Below, piece after piece: positions 1-27,752 of a stretch of DNA of 64,000 bases. Each line of letters begins with the position of its first letter. Position 1 is the first letter of the stretch. The notes beneath the pieces are model-generated. The model saw nothing but the letters and a program-made list of their open reading frames with translations, was not told the origin of the DNA and did not search any database. The DNA comes from the human T2T-CHM13v2.0 reference genome, Homo sapiens: NCBI RefSeq assembly GCF_009914755.1, contig NC_060935.1; one strand, given 5' to 3'. The position numbers were made by a program, and so were the translations under genes.

Positions 1-968
<968 letters not shown>

Positions 969-2029
969 CTAAAGGATGCCCACAATAAGGGTGCAGAAAG
1001 AAGAGGAGCTGCCAGCAAAGACAGAAGAGGAACATAAATGGTCATTCTAGCCCCATGCTGGAATTCTTGAAAAGTTCCCCAATGCATTATGTGAATTATG
1101 GGCATGAACTAAGGAGTTTGTCCCTATAAAGCCTATAAAAAATTTGAGAAGTTAGAGAAAGTAAGGAAGAATTTGTTTAGTAGACCTCTATTCATTTCCC
1201 CTATTTAGCAGACAGGAAATGAGCAAGGTCTTTCTAGGACTTTTCACTAAGATTTTATTCAGTGTGACTTTCTCCACAAGCTGGGAGTAATCCACAAGAT
1301 AATGAAGAAATAGGCAAAATTTGTCTTTAGACATTCTTCTTTTCTTCTTTTTCACCTCATTCACAATGTTTTTCAAAAAAGTTCACGTATGTCCTCATAT
1401 GCAATAGTTTCACTCAATGACTGTGAATAGCACAGTCATTATTTAGTGTCCTCGTGCTTACACTTTCTTCTCTCCCCTGCTTTTCTTCATTTTCCAACTT
1501 TTCTGCGTCACTATGTTTTTCACCTTTTACCTTTTTTTTCCCCTGAAACATTTCTAGCTTCTTCCCTGCATAAGGGATGGAGCAGAATTCGAGTGCAGGA
1601 AGTAAAGTGGCACTGTGATTATGACATGTCTTCCGGGTGTGTTATTATAAAATTTAAAACCCTGGATACCTTTTATTTTAAAAGTACGATTAGTTATACT
1701 TAACATTAGCACAGTGTAATGCTTCTTGTTCACAGATCATCTTTATATCCATTGTCTCACTTTGTTCCCCTCAGCAACTCTCTGAGTTTCAGAGGATATT
1801 CCAAACTTGGTTTACTAGACATTCTCTTATGTTAGCATTAACTGGTAAATACTTACTAAAGTACTTTTCATCTATTGTCCCAAGAAATTCTTCCAGCAGA
1901 GTTATTTGTTTCTATATTTTGCAAATCTGAAAGTAGGGGGAGGGACAAAGAAGCTGAGAAAGAAAAGAGTAAAAAATAAGATCATCGTCAGAAAAGTTTG
2001 CCTCATTCATCTGTAAAAACAAGCCAAGA

Positions 2030-2360
<331 letters not shown>

Positions 2361-3000
2361 TCATTTCTTAGTTCCTATATTTTGTGGAGGAAAACAGGCA
2401 TCATAGGATGTTGCCAGTTTGAGATGTTATTAGTGCATACTTTCTGATTTCAGTCATGTAAGATTGTGATGTGTAAGAAAGCACTGTGTAGATATTTAAT
2501 GACTGATGTAATTATTACATTGTTTCCATACATTAAATTTTGAAAGTCAACATGTAAAAATTTATTTATTCAAATAAAATATCTGTCTCCTCCTTTATCT
2601 TGTAAGCAAACAAATAGAACTTTTCATCATGAGCTAATGAATGTGGCAAGTGACTGCCTACCATGAATACATTCCAGATTTCTGACAGAGGAGGAATTGT
2701 GTTGAGCTCTCTAAGTAAACTTGTGATCCTCTCAGTCACCTCTCAACTATTGAAGGGCCAATTATCCAGTTCCTAGATTTACACAGACCTTTTGCTTTTC
2801 TTCTTTCTCGCAATTTTTCTCTCTCCTTCCCTTCCAATTCAGATCTCATTATTACCTCAAAAGGAAAAATGGTGCTCTAAGAGACATATTGACTGATTTA
2901 ATTTGGAAAAGTTGGCAGTATTTTGGGCCTGCTAAACTATTTCTTGATGGGAAGAATATTGTAAATATTGACTAGAAGTTAGGGGTTATCTATGCATTTT

Positions 3001-3122
3001 TTTCCTTCTTCCTTTTTTTGTGGGTACATAGTAGGTATATATATTTATGGGGTACATGAGATGTTTTGATACAGGCATGCAATGTGAAATAAGCACATCA
3101 TGGAGAATGGCTTATCCATCCC
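3001..3122 (-). mobile_element. Very short 5'-truncated L1 (L1MA-like 3' end)
   Basis: T-tail then gggtacatagtaggtatatatatttatggggtacatgagatgttttgatacaggcatgcaatg (L1MA 3' terminus, antisense); flanking direct repeat ctatgcatttt at 2990-3000 and 3123-3133. Confidence 0.8.
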
Positions 3123-3859
3123 CTATGCATTTTAATTATTTCATTAGCCATAACTATAGGAGGTTAATGTATGTATAGATACTTTATAAATAGCCTAAAT
3201 AGATTGATTTATTAATGTCTAAATCATAATTTGTACTTCACAAGTGAGAAAGGAAAACCATAGGTTTAAGACCCCAGGCCCATGTTGCATTTCATTGGCT
3301 GACAAGGTTTAGTGAAAATGGTGAGACTTGAACTAAGCCATATATTTTTTTTTAAGTGTTAGGCTTAGATTAGAGCTGAGGGGAGAAAAGATGATATTTG
3401 GAGAAAGGGAACGATACTAGTGAAAGCACAGAGAAGGGCTGAGAACTTACTGCCCATGCAGGGGAGTGTAAAGAAGCTGCCTTGGTAGAGCAGAGAGCTG
3501 TAAAAAATAAGGTGTGGCTGCAGTAAGAGAGGCTTTGAAGAGAAGGCACGGGACTTAGAACTTGACTCAGCTGGAAGTATGCTGCGGGTTTGGCTTCTGA
3601 GGAGAAGAATGACGTGAAGAAAGTACTGCTTAGGAAGGATTGGCCAGGCAGCAGGACTGCAGGAGGGAATGGAGGAGAGAGACAGGCATCAGCCTATTGT
3701 GATTACCTCTGTGACATCTATTTCCTTGGTCTGGAATTGCGCCACCTTTCAACAAAGCCTGAATTTGGTTTTGGTTTCACATCATACTTTCAAAAAGTTT
3801 TAATCCAGGAGTAAGAGAAAAGGGAATTCACTTGTTTTGAGTCCTTTTTCTAGTGCACC

Positions 3860-4387
3860 AGACACTGCTAGAAGCTTTCCATGCATCTTGCTCAATCCAC
3901 ACAAACCAACTCTGTGGAGACAGCTGATACTAGACCCATTATAGAGAGGAGAAAATTGAGGTCGGTAACTTGCCTTTGGTCACATAGTTAGGAAATGACA
4001 GGATCAGATTTCTCTTTTTTTTTTTTTTTTTTTAGATGGAGTCTCTCTCTGTCCCCCGAGGCTGGGGTGCAGTGGCGTGATCTCAGCTCACTGCAACCTC
4101 TGCTCCTGGGTTCACGCCATTCTCCTGCCTTAGCCTCCCGAGTAGCTGAGACTACAGGCACCCGCCACCATGCCCGGCTAATTTTTTTTTTTTTTTTTTT
4201 TTGTATTTTTAGTAGAGACAGGGTTTCACCATGTTAGCCAGGATGGTCTTGATCTCCTGACCTCATGATCCGCCCGCCTCAGCCTCCCAAAGTGCTGGGA
4301 TTACAGGCGTGAGCCACCACGCCCGGCCCAGGATCAGATTTCAAACCCATGTCTGACTCAAAGCTCTTGGTCTTTCCACTGTACCAA
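3860..4387 (-). mobile_element. MIR interrupted by an Alu
   Basis: MIR core (cccattatagagaggagaaaattgagg...taacttgcc...ggtcacatag) resumes after the Alu (atttcaaacccatgtctgactc). Confidence 0.7.
4013..4328 (-). mobile_element. AluY-like element, antisense, ~210 nt upstream of the PRRG4 last-exon acceptor
   Basis: gttcacgccattctcc and gttagccaggatggtc (Y-type); 14-bp TSD caggatcagatttc at 3999-4012 and 4329-4342. Confidence 0.95.
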
Positions 4388-4536
4388 GACTTTCAGAGTC
4401 TGGGGGTAAAATAAAACTGTTATATTAATACATTGTGTTTAATGTTTATTAAGATAGTTGGTTGGATTTTTAAATATTGTCCTCTCAACCTAAAAATGCT
4501 ACCTTTCCTAGACCTAAATGTTGTCTCTCTGCTTAG

Positions 4537-4768
4537 CTCTTCAGCCGTCTATGAAAGGGGGAGGCACACTCCCTCCATCATTTTCAGAAGACCTGAGGAG
4601 GCTGCCTTGTCTCCATTGCCACCTTCTGTGGAGGATGCAGGATTACCTTCTTATGAACAGGCAGTGGCGCTGACCAGAAAACACAGTGTTTCACCACCAC
4701 CACCATATCCTGGGCACACAAAAGGATTTAGGGTATTTAAAAAATCTATGTCTCTCCCATCTCACTGA
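4537..4768 (+). CDS. PRRG4: PRRG4 (transmembrane gamma-carboxyglutamic acid protein 4, TMG4): last coding exon, cytoplasmic tail
   Basis: Acceptor ttgtctctctgcttag| ending 4536 (phase 2); translation SSAVYERGRHTPSIIFRRPEEAALSPLPPSVEDAGLPSYEQAVALTRKHSVSPPPPYPGHTKGFRVFKKSMSLPSH* matches the PRRG4 C-terminus as I recall it; LPSY 4643-4654, PPPPY 4694-4708; TGA 4766-4768. The Gla and transmembrane exons are upstream of the window. Confidence 0.96.
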
Positions 4769-4810
4769 CTACCTTGTCATTTTGGTATAAGAAATTTGTG
4801 TTATTTGATA

Positions 4811-5319
<509 letters not shown>

Positions 5320-5514
5320 CTATATCCTTGCAGTTAAGAAGAAAGCACTTTTTTGTAATGTTTGTTTTAATGGTTCAAAAAAAATCTTTCTTATAAAGAG
5401 CATAGGTAGAATTAGTGAACTCTTTGGATCCTTTGTACAGATAAAGGTTATAGATTTCTTGTGTTGAATATTAAAAAAGCAAGGATGTCTAACCATTAAG
5501 ATTATCCAAAGTCA

Positions 5515-5852
<338 letters not shown>

Positions 5853-8070
5853 TTAGGATTTTTTTGGCGGGGGGTTAGAAATACTTCACAGAATTTGACA
5901 TTTCAGTATAAATCTGTGACCTTAATATAATCACTTGGTTTTATATGTTAAATTATTGCACAGCAGTCATCATATTTTGCAGAGTTTAGTTCTTAACTCT
6001 TGCTGTCAGTCATGTTTTATTATAGGTAGTGGGGTCAGTAGTTTTCTTCTTCTAAAAAATACTATTTGCTATGAAGTTAGTTCTTCAGAAGATACAAGTT
6101 TGCAATGAAAAGGATTTGCAAGGGTTGTTATGCTATCAAATAAACAGACCTAAAATCTAGGAGACACTAGAACTTAATGAAGTTGCCCCTGTTACTGATT
6201 AGTAAATACTCCCATCTTCGTTGCAAAATTATCTCTCTGTATAACTACATATGATTATTTTGAAATTTGTTAAACTTCATAAGTAATAGTTTGAGAATGT
6301 GGAAAAAGTAATTTGCTTTTCTGCTCTTAAAATAATATTGATTAATGTTACCAGAAACCTTTTGCATCTCTTAATATGTCTGAACACAAAAGGAAAACAC
6401 CATAATCATATAAACCCATTCTTTGTCTCTTCTTCTAAATCATATGTATAACCAGTTTTTCCTTAAGAATGTAGCAGCATATAAGCTATAAATTTCTGGA
6501 GTATATGCACACAAATTTATCTGGGTGGGTATGTAGGTATATGTGAGTTTGTTTCCTCTTCCAGGAGCTCAAGAAATAACATACTCCTGAAAAATAGAAT
6601 AGAAATTTCTGTGCTTTATGTTTTTGCCAGGCATTACATTTTCTTATCATTTAGGATCACTTATAAAATGATCATTGTTTATTTTGTTTTATAATTTTTA
6701 CAGGAGTGAGACTGCAAACCCACATGTTTGATAGTTCCTACCAAATTAAAAGTTTAGAAAGCATAAATCATATTACAGTGCATATGTGAGTGTATGTCTC
6801 TCTTTTAAGATGCATCATCTTAAGGCAGATAAAAGTAAGTCCTTAATCATTACAGACTGCCAAAGACTTTATCCTTTTAGATTCTCAGTCTCTTTGTTGC
6901 TTGTTGCAAATAAATCATCTAGCAACATTTACATTTAATTAGGAAATCTAACTTGCTTTTAAAAGTTACCCACGTTGCATATAAAAATCTTGCTATTCCT
7001 TGTGTCTTGGCTTTACATAAGCACTTTTGCTCATGTGACTTTGCACTTTGCACTTATTTTAATCCTCTTTAAAGGGCTACAGGCAAATTCTACTTTGCCA
7101 TAATCACACTAAGGCATGGAAGAACAACTTGCCCAGAATCTAGCAGGTTGGTGACAACTGGGTTTAGAATGAGTGAGCACACTTTTCTAGTCCCATGTCA
7201 TGCCTATAAAATTACACTGCCTCGAATTATGAAATTCAGGGATCTTGTACATAATTCTAAGTTTGGGACAGAAATTTACAAGCATTTCTCATATATACAT
7301 ACATTTATATATGTACATGTTACATATATTTAGATGTATTCTCATATACATATGAAAATATTTATGATGAATAGAATTATAAGATATGTATGTATCTTGC
7401 ACTGAATCATAATTTGAAATATTTCATGAATTCATTTACTTCTATTGACTCCCAAAATTCTAACTGCAAGCTAGCTTCAGAACCTGTGAGAACCCCACCC
7501 CACCCAAGCAGCTGCCTAGATTTGTCTACTGCTATCATTTTGTGTAAAGCAGTTGTTCTAACTTGAATGAGTCTAGAATTCATCATTAAGATTGTGATAT
7601 TTATAGAGCATCCAATGTGGAGATCATGATACTTTAAATATAAAAAGGAAAATATGATAGAACTGTTATTGACAAATGCTTATAATGATTGAAGGGAAAG
7701 TATCTCAACATTGTATCAGTCACATATATTTCTGTTGCTTTCACCATTTTCTATTCCTGTTGTAAGTTTGGTGGTAGATTTAGTTTTGTTTGGTTTATCT
7801 GTTTTGTTTGTGTTTTGTCTCCTGGCAATTGATTAGTGTTAATCATTAAATCTATTTTGACACAAGGTTTTATATATAATTAGATCAGTTTTCCACTTTA
7901 TTACAATTAAGAAATGAGTAAAATATGGATATAAAAGGAGAATTGGATTGAAAAGACAAATACACATTTACAAGGTCATACCTTTGGTAGGACAGACAAT
8001 TCTATATAGAATATTCTCTTTTGATAATGAAAAAAATTAAAGAGAGCACAAACTTTGACTATGTCAAAGT

Positions 8071-8690
8071 ATTTTTATTTTTAATTTTTTGAGACAAGGT
8101 CTTGCTCTGCTACCCAGGCTGGAGTGCAGTGGTGCAATCACAACTCACTGTAGCCTGAACTTCGGGGCTCAAGCAATCCTCCCACCTCAGCCTCCTAAGT
8201 AGCTGGGACCACAGGTGCACCTCGGTACACCTGGCTAATTTTTGTGTTTTTTGTAGAGACAGGGTTTCACCATGTTGCCCATGCTGGTCTCTAACTCCTG
8301 AGCTCAAGGAATCCACCCACCTCGGCCTCCCAAAGTGCTGGGATTACAGGCATGAGCCACCACACTGGACTGCTGTGTCAAAGTTTTGCATCTTTTTTTT
8401 TTTTTTTTCCAGAAGGAGTTTCACTTTGTCACCCAGGCTGGAGTGCAGTGGAGTGATCATGGCTCACTGCAACCTCCGCCTCCCAGGTTCAAGGATTTCT
8501 CCTGCCTCAGCCTCCTGAGTAGCTGCATTACAGGCACCTGCCACCACGCCTTGCAAATTTTTGTATTTTTAGTGGAGATGGGGTTTTGCCATGTTGGCCA
8601 GGCTGGTCTCAAACTCCTGACCTCAGGTGATCCGCCCGCCTCAGCCTCCCAAAGGGCTGGGATTACAGGCGTGAGCCACTGTGCCTGGCC
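8071..8690 (-). mobile_element. Two tandem antisense Alus in the PRRG4 3'UTR (~8071-8370 AluJ-like; ~8392-8690 AluS-like)
   Basis: TSDs tgtcaaagt (8062/8376) and aagttttgcatctttt (8381/8693). Confidence 0.93.
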
Positions 8691-9339
8691 CCAAGTTTTG
8701 CATCTTTTAATGCCCTCTGAACAAATACATAGAGAAAACTCTCAGAACAATTAAAACCTGCAGAGCAACAGTGTCCTCCATGTCTTAGGTTTCAAGTTTG
8801 CCTCTAAAATTCTAATCCATATTTTTCTACTTCTCAGATAATTTATGTGTGTGTACTCTTCCTAGACGTACAAGAGACTTTTTAATGCTAAATATTTGTC
8901 AGTGCTTAACAAAAACTCAATTTCACATTACTCATATTGTTTTTGTTTTAATTGAATGTGAATTAAATTTTTATTAGTTATTTGATTTGGAATGTTATGT
9001 ATGCCATTAACACTATTAGGGGAATCTCTAGCATTTCTGTATTTTTAAAGAATTTGATTCTTTTGTAGATTCTGCCTGTGTGGTCATTTTAAAACATGTG
9101 TGACATATATCAGTACCTTCATTCTTCTATATTTTGTGTCTCCTCCAACCTCCAACTTTTTTTGTTTTTTGAAAAATGTTTCTCTAACACCTCAACAGTT
9201 TAAGGTAATTTAGTACACATATATCAGTATTTTTGTGATCTGAAAAAGCAACCCATTTTCTAAATTCATATTTTTCCTAAAACTTTACTATGTTTTTATT
9301 TTAAGAGGTTTCCTGTTATATACACTTTTTACACATGCA

Positions 9340-9385
9340 AATAAACTTTATACCAAGTGAGTATTTATTGCTTGTTTCATTTAAG
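9340..9385 (+). terminator. Probable distal poly(A) signal of PRRG4
   Basis: AATAAA 9340-9345, then gtgagtatttattgcttgtttcattt as a downstream element. Confidence 0.6.
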
Positions 9386-9864
9386 CATTCTTCCTCATAT
9401 AATGGCATATAATGAAATATGATATTATATTAATTAAATTTGAACAACACATTGAGTGTTTTCAAAACAATATTTATAGCATGATGTCAATGTATATCTT
9501 TCACCCAATGGGGCTAGCATTCTATTTAGACAATTTAGTTGCAGTTGTGAAAGTGGTATTTTCTTTAACAAAATTTAAATATTTAATATAGTGTTTGAGG
9601 CAAATATATTACTCCTTAATACTAAAGTTATTTTTTGAGCTATATCTATACATAATTGAAAAAATCAGTAGTAATGTTATGCTAAATTATAAGAGTAATA
9701 TAGCAAGACTTCCAGCTTAAAAGAAGTAATACGAAGTATCATACACATAAGTGAACATTGATTATTATTCAGTATTATTTAATGTTAAACATTTAGACCA
9801 CCTTAAATTTTTTTGGATCCAAATGAGTTAGACATGAATGTTAATATTTATACTCCTTAAAATT

Positions 9865-10485
9865 ACTTTTATCAAGAGAATGAGAAGACAAGCTACAGAC
9901 CGGGAGAAGATATTTGCAAAAGACATGTATGATAAAATGTGTCCAAAAATAAACAAAGACCTCTTACAACTCGACAACAAGAAAACAAACAAGTCAATTT
10001 AAAAATGGGCAAAAGACTAAGACACTTCACCAAAGAAGATATGCAGATGGCAAGAAAGCATATGAAATGATGTTTGACATCATAGGTTATTAGGGGATTA
10101 CAAATGAAAGCAACAGTGAGATGTCACTACACACCTATTAATATGCCCCAAATCTAAAACACTACCACCACAAAACATCCTGCTGGTGAGGATGTGGAAC
10201 AACAGGAACTCTTGTTCATTGCTGGTGGGAATGCAAAATGGTATAGCCACTTTGGAAGACAGTGGTAGTTTCTTACAAAATTAAACATACTCTTACCATA
10301 TCATCCAGCAATCATGCTCCTTACTATTTACCCAATAGAGTTGGAAACTCAGGCCCACACAAAAACCTGCACACAGGTGTTTGTAAGCAGTTTTGTTCAT
10401 AATTGCCAAAACTTGGAAGCAACCAAGATGTTCTTAAGTAGGTGAATGGATAAATAAACTGTGGCACATCCAGACAATGGAATGA
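9865..10485 (+). mobile_element. Old L1 (L1MB/MC-like) ORF2 3' fragment
   Basis: gagaagatatttgcaaaa...aaaatgggcaaaagac...ggtgaggatgtggaacaacaggaactc...atggtatagccactttggaagacag are typical late-ORF2 L1 motifs. Confidence 0.85.
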
Positions 10486-10739
10486 GAAAGACTTTCTAAT
10501 TCTTTTTTAGAGACAGGGTTTCACTCTGTTGCCCAGGCTGGAGTGCAGTGGTGCAATCATAGCTCACTGCAGCTCACTGCAGCCTCAAACTCCTGGGCTT
10601 ACATTATCTGCTCACCTCAGCCTCTGGAGTTTCTGGGTTTACAGGCTCTAGGAGTATGACTTTTTAAGATTCCACATATAAGTAAGATAATATGATATTT
10701 GTCTTTCTAGGCAATGCGAGTTAGCATGTATTGAACACT

Positions 10740-11325
10740 ATACTAGTTTTCTATTGCTTCATAACAAAATACCACAAATTAGCAGCTTCAAACAACACAC
10801 ATCCCACAGTTTCTATCAGTCAGAGTCCAGGCACAGCTTAGCAGAGTCCTCTACTTAAGCTTTGACAGGGTTGGAATCAAGGTGTTGGCCAGGGTTGGAG
10901 TCAAGGTGTTTTCATCTGGAGGCTTTACTATAGAAAACTCCACTGTGAAGTCTCTCTTGAATTATTAGCAGAATTCATTCTGATGCATCTGTAAGACTGA
11001 AACCCTTTATGGGCAGGAGACAATAAGGCAACCATAGCTCCAGAAGCTGCCTGCTGTTCCTAGAACCTACCTGTAGTTCCTTGCCACATCAGCTTCCTCC
11101 GCATGGCCCTCACTCTGTCAAGCCAGCAAAGAGACCTCTAGAGTGTGCCTGCTATAAAATGAGGCCTTATATAATATAACATCTTCACAAGAGTGACATC
11201 TCATCACCTTCTATTGGTTAGAAAGAAGTCATGGGTTTTATTAACTCATCAGGAGAAGATTCTACAAAGGAGTAAATACCAGAAGTGAGCAAGCCTTGAG
11301 AATCACTTTAGGTTCTGTCCACCAA
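10740..11325 (-). mobile_element. MLT1-family (ERVL-MaLR) solo LTR
   Basis: Starts tagttttctattgcttcataacaaaataccacaaattagcagcttcaaacaacac, the antisense MLT1 terminus. Confidence 0.7.
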
Positions 11326-11336
11326 AAGCCCTATCA

Positions 11337-11723
<387 letters not shown>

Positions 11724-12240
11724 TCAATTGTAAAGTCATATAAATATCATATAACAACTAATGCTAATATCTTATTGTTTCTTGAAAACCTTGTAATGTC
11801 TCACTATTTACTAATTTTACCTGTTCATTTTTCTACAATTCCTAGCATTAAATAGCCATAAACTGATTAAAGTGCTTATATCAGAGACAATAAATTGAGA
11901 GCAGCTTGGGAAACTGGTCCTACTCCTTAGCTGACCAAGGCAGATTCACCCAGATGGAAAGGAGCTGAAGAAGATCAGATCAAACCCACAGTCCTAGCAT
12001 ATCCCTGAATGTCTTCTTTACCCCACATTTGATTTATAACATGGCTGTGTATCGTGTTCTAGGTTAATAATCATTTCCCTTGGCATTTTGTAGATATTCC
12101 TCTAATGTCTTCTAGCATTTGATTGCAATCAAGAATTCTAACAATAATTCTGATTTCATGACTTTGCACATGACCCTTTATTTCCCACTGGAACCTTTCA
12201 AATCTTTTCATCCCTGGTGATCTCAAATTCATGAGTCTGT

Positions 12241-12828
12241 CCAGGCATGGTGCCTCATACTTCTAATTCCAACACTTTAGGAGGCTTGAGCCCACGAGTT
12301 TGAGACCAGCCTAGGCAACATAGTGAGACCTTGTCTCTACAAAAAATTTTTTTAAAAATTAGCTTGATGGTACAAACTCCATACTACTCTGGAGGCTGAG
12401 GTGGGAGAATCACCTGAGCTTGGGAGGTTGAGGCTGCAGTGAATTGTGATTGGGTCACTACACTCCAGCCTGAGCAAGAGAGCAAGACATTGTCTCAAAA
12501 AAAAAAAAAAATAGCTGGGTGCGATGGCTCATGCCTGTAATCCCAGCACTTTGGGAGGCTGAGGCAGGCAGATCTCTTGAGCTCAAAGTTCAAGATCAGC
12601 CTGGGCAACATAGTGAAACAACATCTCCACCAAAAATACAAAAAAAAATTAGCCAGGCGTGATGGTGCCTGCCTGTGGTCCCAGCTACTCGGGAGGCTGA
12701 GGCAGAAGGGTCAACCGAGCCTGGAAGGTGGAGGTTGCAGTGAGCCGAGGTTGCAGTGAGCCAAGATTGCACCATTACATTCAAGCCTGGGTGACGGAGT
12801 GAGACCCTGACTCAAAAAAAAAAAAAAA
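12241..12828 (+). mobile_element. Two tandem AluJ-like elements inside an ancient antisense L1M fragment
   Basis: Alu dimers 12241-12510 and 12513-12828; the second has a 16-bp tandem duplication gaggttgcagtgagcc at 12731-12762. Confidence 0.88.
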
Positions 12829-13063
12829 TTATGATTCTGAGGCTTGGGATAAGTTTTCATTTATTGTTCATGGCATCCAATACCTCCTTTTATTCTAGAG
12901 ATCTGTGCCCTCCAATTCTAGGAAATACTCCTGTGTAATTTTTTGCTAGTTTCCTTACCTTTGTTTTCTCTGCTTTTTCTGCGATTCATATTGGCTGAAT
13001 ATTGTACTTCCTTGATTGATCCACTATTTTCCATTTCCTTCTCTGTTCTACTTTCAGCATAAG

Positions 13064-13550
13064 TGTAACTGAACCCAGGTTCAACGGCTTGCTGCTAGAA
13101 AGCCAGACACAAGAGACAAGGGTTGATGGGAGGAAACCAGGTTCATTCAGAAAACCAGCAAAATTGACAAGATGGTGAACTGTATGCTAAAGCACCATCT
13201 TAAATTTTCAGGTTGGCTGGAGAGTTTTTATGGGAGGGGAATAAAGCGAAGAGGAGGGGGTTGGGATCAAGAGGTGACCGAGGACTGCAGATATCTGGGC
13301 ACCAGCAAGGGTCAGAGGAGGTTGGAAACTTCTTTGCCCTTGGTCAGTTCACAATGCTCCTGTAAATCTTTAACAAAACATAGTTAGTTGTTTAGATACT
13401 TACCCTTTAATCCCAGACTTAGTTGTAAAAATTACATGATTACTGTTTTTGCATATTATTTCAGTGCTCTAAAATTAGCTGGAATGGTGGAAGGCCACTT
13501 AAACAAAAATTGAGTTAGTTATGTTAGTTCTTTGCTATTTCACTGTTACA
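13064..13550 (-). mobile_element. ERV 3' LTR (class I, MER66-like; family tentative)
   Basis: Terminal inverted repeats tgtaac...gttaca; immediately flanked by attccccact (PPT agtggggaat on the minus strand); homologous copy at 22512. Confidence 0.85.
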
Positions 13551-14095
13551 ATTCCCCACTGTGAAAGGCTCATTCCACAGTCTTGTGGAATTAGGGACAA
13601 TGGGATGTTGTCTCTCATCTGGCTACTCCCTGTTGAACAAGGTTCATGTGGGGCAACTGTGAAACCAAACCATTTGACCTGGTAGCAAGCTGACGTTCAG
13701 GTCCTTGTTCCTTTCAGGTTTTTAGGAGGACCTGATCTCCCAGTTGAGAAGGATGGAGGGCCATGTTTGTGGAATAAGTGATCCTGCTAGAAGCAAACTC
13801 ATGAATAGAATTTAGTATAGTGCCTAGAGTCTTAACATATTTGGCAATTGCTAAATTATTTATTTCGAGTTTGGTTCATTTTTTTTTTAGTTTTTCCCAT
13901 TGATCATGGTCTCCAAGATGACAATCTAAAGGTTGAAGGAAGGAGCAAGTCATAGATTTCCCTGACATTTTCATAACCATCATAGTCTTCTGTGAATCAG
14001 GGCATAGATAGGTACTAGCTATAGAATATGTGGCCCTCATATCCGTAAGTAAATAAACCTGTTCCTCACTCTCAATTGTAACCAGGGCCCCTGTG
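13551..14095 (-). mobile_element. ERV internal 3' remnant
   Basis: Adjacent to the PPT and LTR; no intact ORF. Confidence 0.6.
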
Positions 14096-14104
14096 GGGAT
14101 ATTG

Positions 14105-20580
<6,476 letters not shown>

Positions 20581-20671
20581 TGTGAGTAGAAATAAAGAAC
20601 TACTTGTGATAAAATAATCCATCAATGTATGGCTCAAAATTAAAGCTTGTTTTAATATAATTTTAATGTAA

Positions 20672-21665
<994 letters not shown>

Positions 21666-21759
21666 ACTAATAAACACATAGAAACCAAAACAAATGTAAC
21701 ACTCCCAAACTCATTCCTGAAAAGGGGCACTGCAGAAATGTTATTAAGAATCTTATCTT

Positions 21760-22079
<320 letters not shown>

Positions 22080-22488
22080 GAATCTTATCTTACACCAAAT
22101 GATACACAAGCAACCCATGCTATGTCCAAATGACACAAAAGCTCAAATAGCATAGACAGAGGATTCCCCGTGTGTGCCCTGGTTTGACTTACCCAGTCTT
22201 GGGGCCCATCAACTCCCTTGGATACCACTTGCACCACCAAAGTGTTACAGGCTGCTGATTCCATGAAGGGGACAGAAGAGAGGGTCCCCAAGACAAAAGA
22301 TTTCTCAGTTGCTGCTAGGACACTCCTGGAATCCCAGCCACAGAGGCAGCTAGCCATGAGCAGCAACTAGCACTCATAAGCGGTTGCTGCTCTGCCTGAT
22401 AACATGAACAGGTAAGCCCTGGTGCACTGCTGCAGCCAATTGCTCCATCCATGGAAACCAGGCAGGCTAGACCACCAGAGGGCACACA

Positions 22489-22506
22489 GCCCCACATTGG
22501 GTGCCA
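22489..22506 (-). other. Retroviral primer binding site complementary to tRNA-Lys(CUU)
   Basis: Minus strand reads tggcacccaatgtggggc vs TGGCGCCCAACGTGGGGC: 16/18, both mismatches are CpG transitions; 5 nt from the LTR end. Confidence 0.85.
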
Positions 22507-22511
22507 AATTT

Positions 22512-22665
22512 TGTAACTGAACCTATGTTTGGCTGCTTGCTGCTCAAAAACCAGACACGAGAAATGAGGGTTGGTGGGAGGAAAAGCCAGATTTATTTGG
22601 AAAGCCAGCAAAACCAAGAAGATGGTGAATTCATGTTTAAGAAATCATTGTCTACTCAAGGTTGT
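22512..22665 (-). mobile_element. ERV 5' LTR remnant (U5 end), homologous to the start of 13064-13550
   Basis: tgtaactgaacc...gcttgctgct...ccagacac...agggttg.tgggaggaaa...ccagcaaaa...aagatggtgaa shared with 13064-13200. Confidence 0.85.
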
Positions 22666-22667
22666 GA

Positions 22668-22850
<183 letters not shown>

Positions 22851-22979
22851 TAGTAGAGATGGGGTTTCACTGTGTTGCCCAGGCTGGTCGCGAACTCCTG
22901 AGCCCAGGCAATCAGCCCACTTCAGCCTCCCAAAGTGCTGGGATTACAGGCATTGAGATACCGCACCCAGCCAGAAGAT

Positions 22980-27390
<4,411 letters not shown>

Positions 27391-27539
27391 TGGTAAGACA
27401 GAGAGTGATTGATAGCTAATATAAATATTGATATTTAGGGAATGTTAATAACGGATATAAGGGAGTTCTTTGTACTATTCTTTAACCTTCTTTATGTCAA
27501 AATAAATAGTTACAAAGAAAAAAAGAAAGAAACTATGTA

Positions 27540-27752
27540 CCACACACTGTTCTAAGCATATTTTAAGTTATTTAATTCTTTCAACATCCCTCTGAGGCAG
27601 ATATTTTTACCCACTTTTACAAAGGAGGAAACTGAGGCACAGGAAGGTTAAGTAGCTTTACCAGGATCACACAATTTGTAGTTAGCAGAAGCAATATTTG
27701 AATCAAGGCAGCCTGGCTTCTGAGTCTTTGCCCTTATCCACTATGCTATTCT
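27540..27752 (-). mobile_element. MIR
   Basis: cacttttacaaaggaggaaactgaggcacaggaaggttaagta core. Confidence 0.85.

Noticed and set aside
4433-4536. N-terminal part of the 111-aa ORF (MCLMFIKIVGW...)
   Set aside because: Intronic; the real exon starts after the AG at 4535-4536.
7285-7400. TA-rich quasi-palindromic stretch as a possible miRNA hairpin
   Set aside because: Low-complexity (TA/CA)n decay; self-complementarity is expected by composition.
22489-22506. tRNA-Lys 3'-end match as a tRNA gene
   Set aside because: Only 18 nt including CCA, next to an LTR; it is a PBS.
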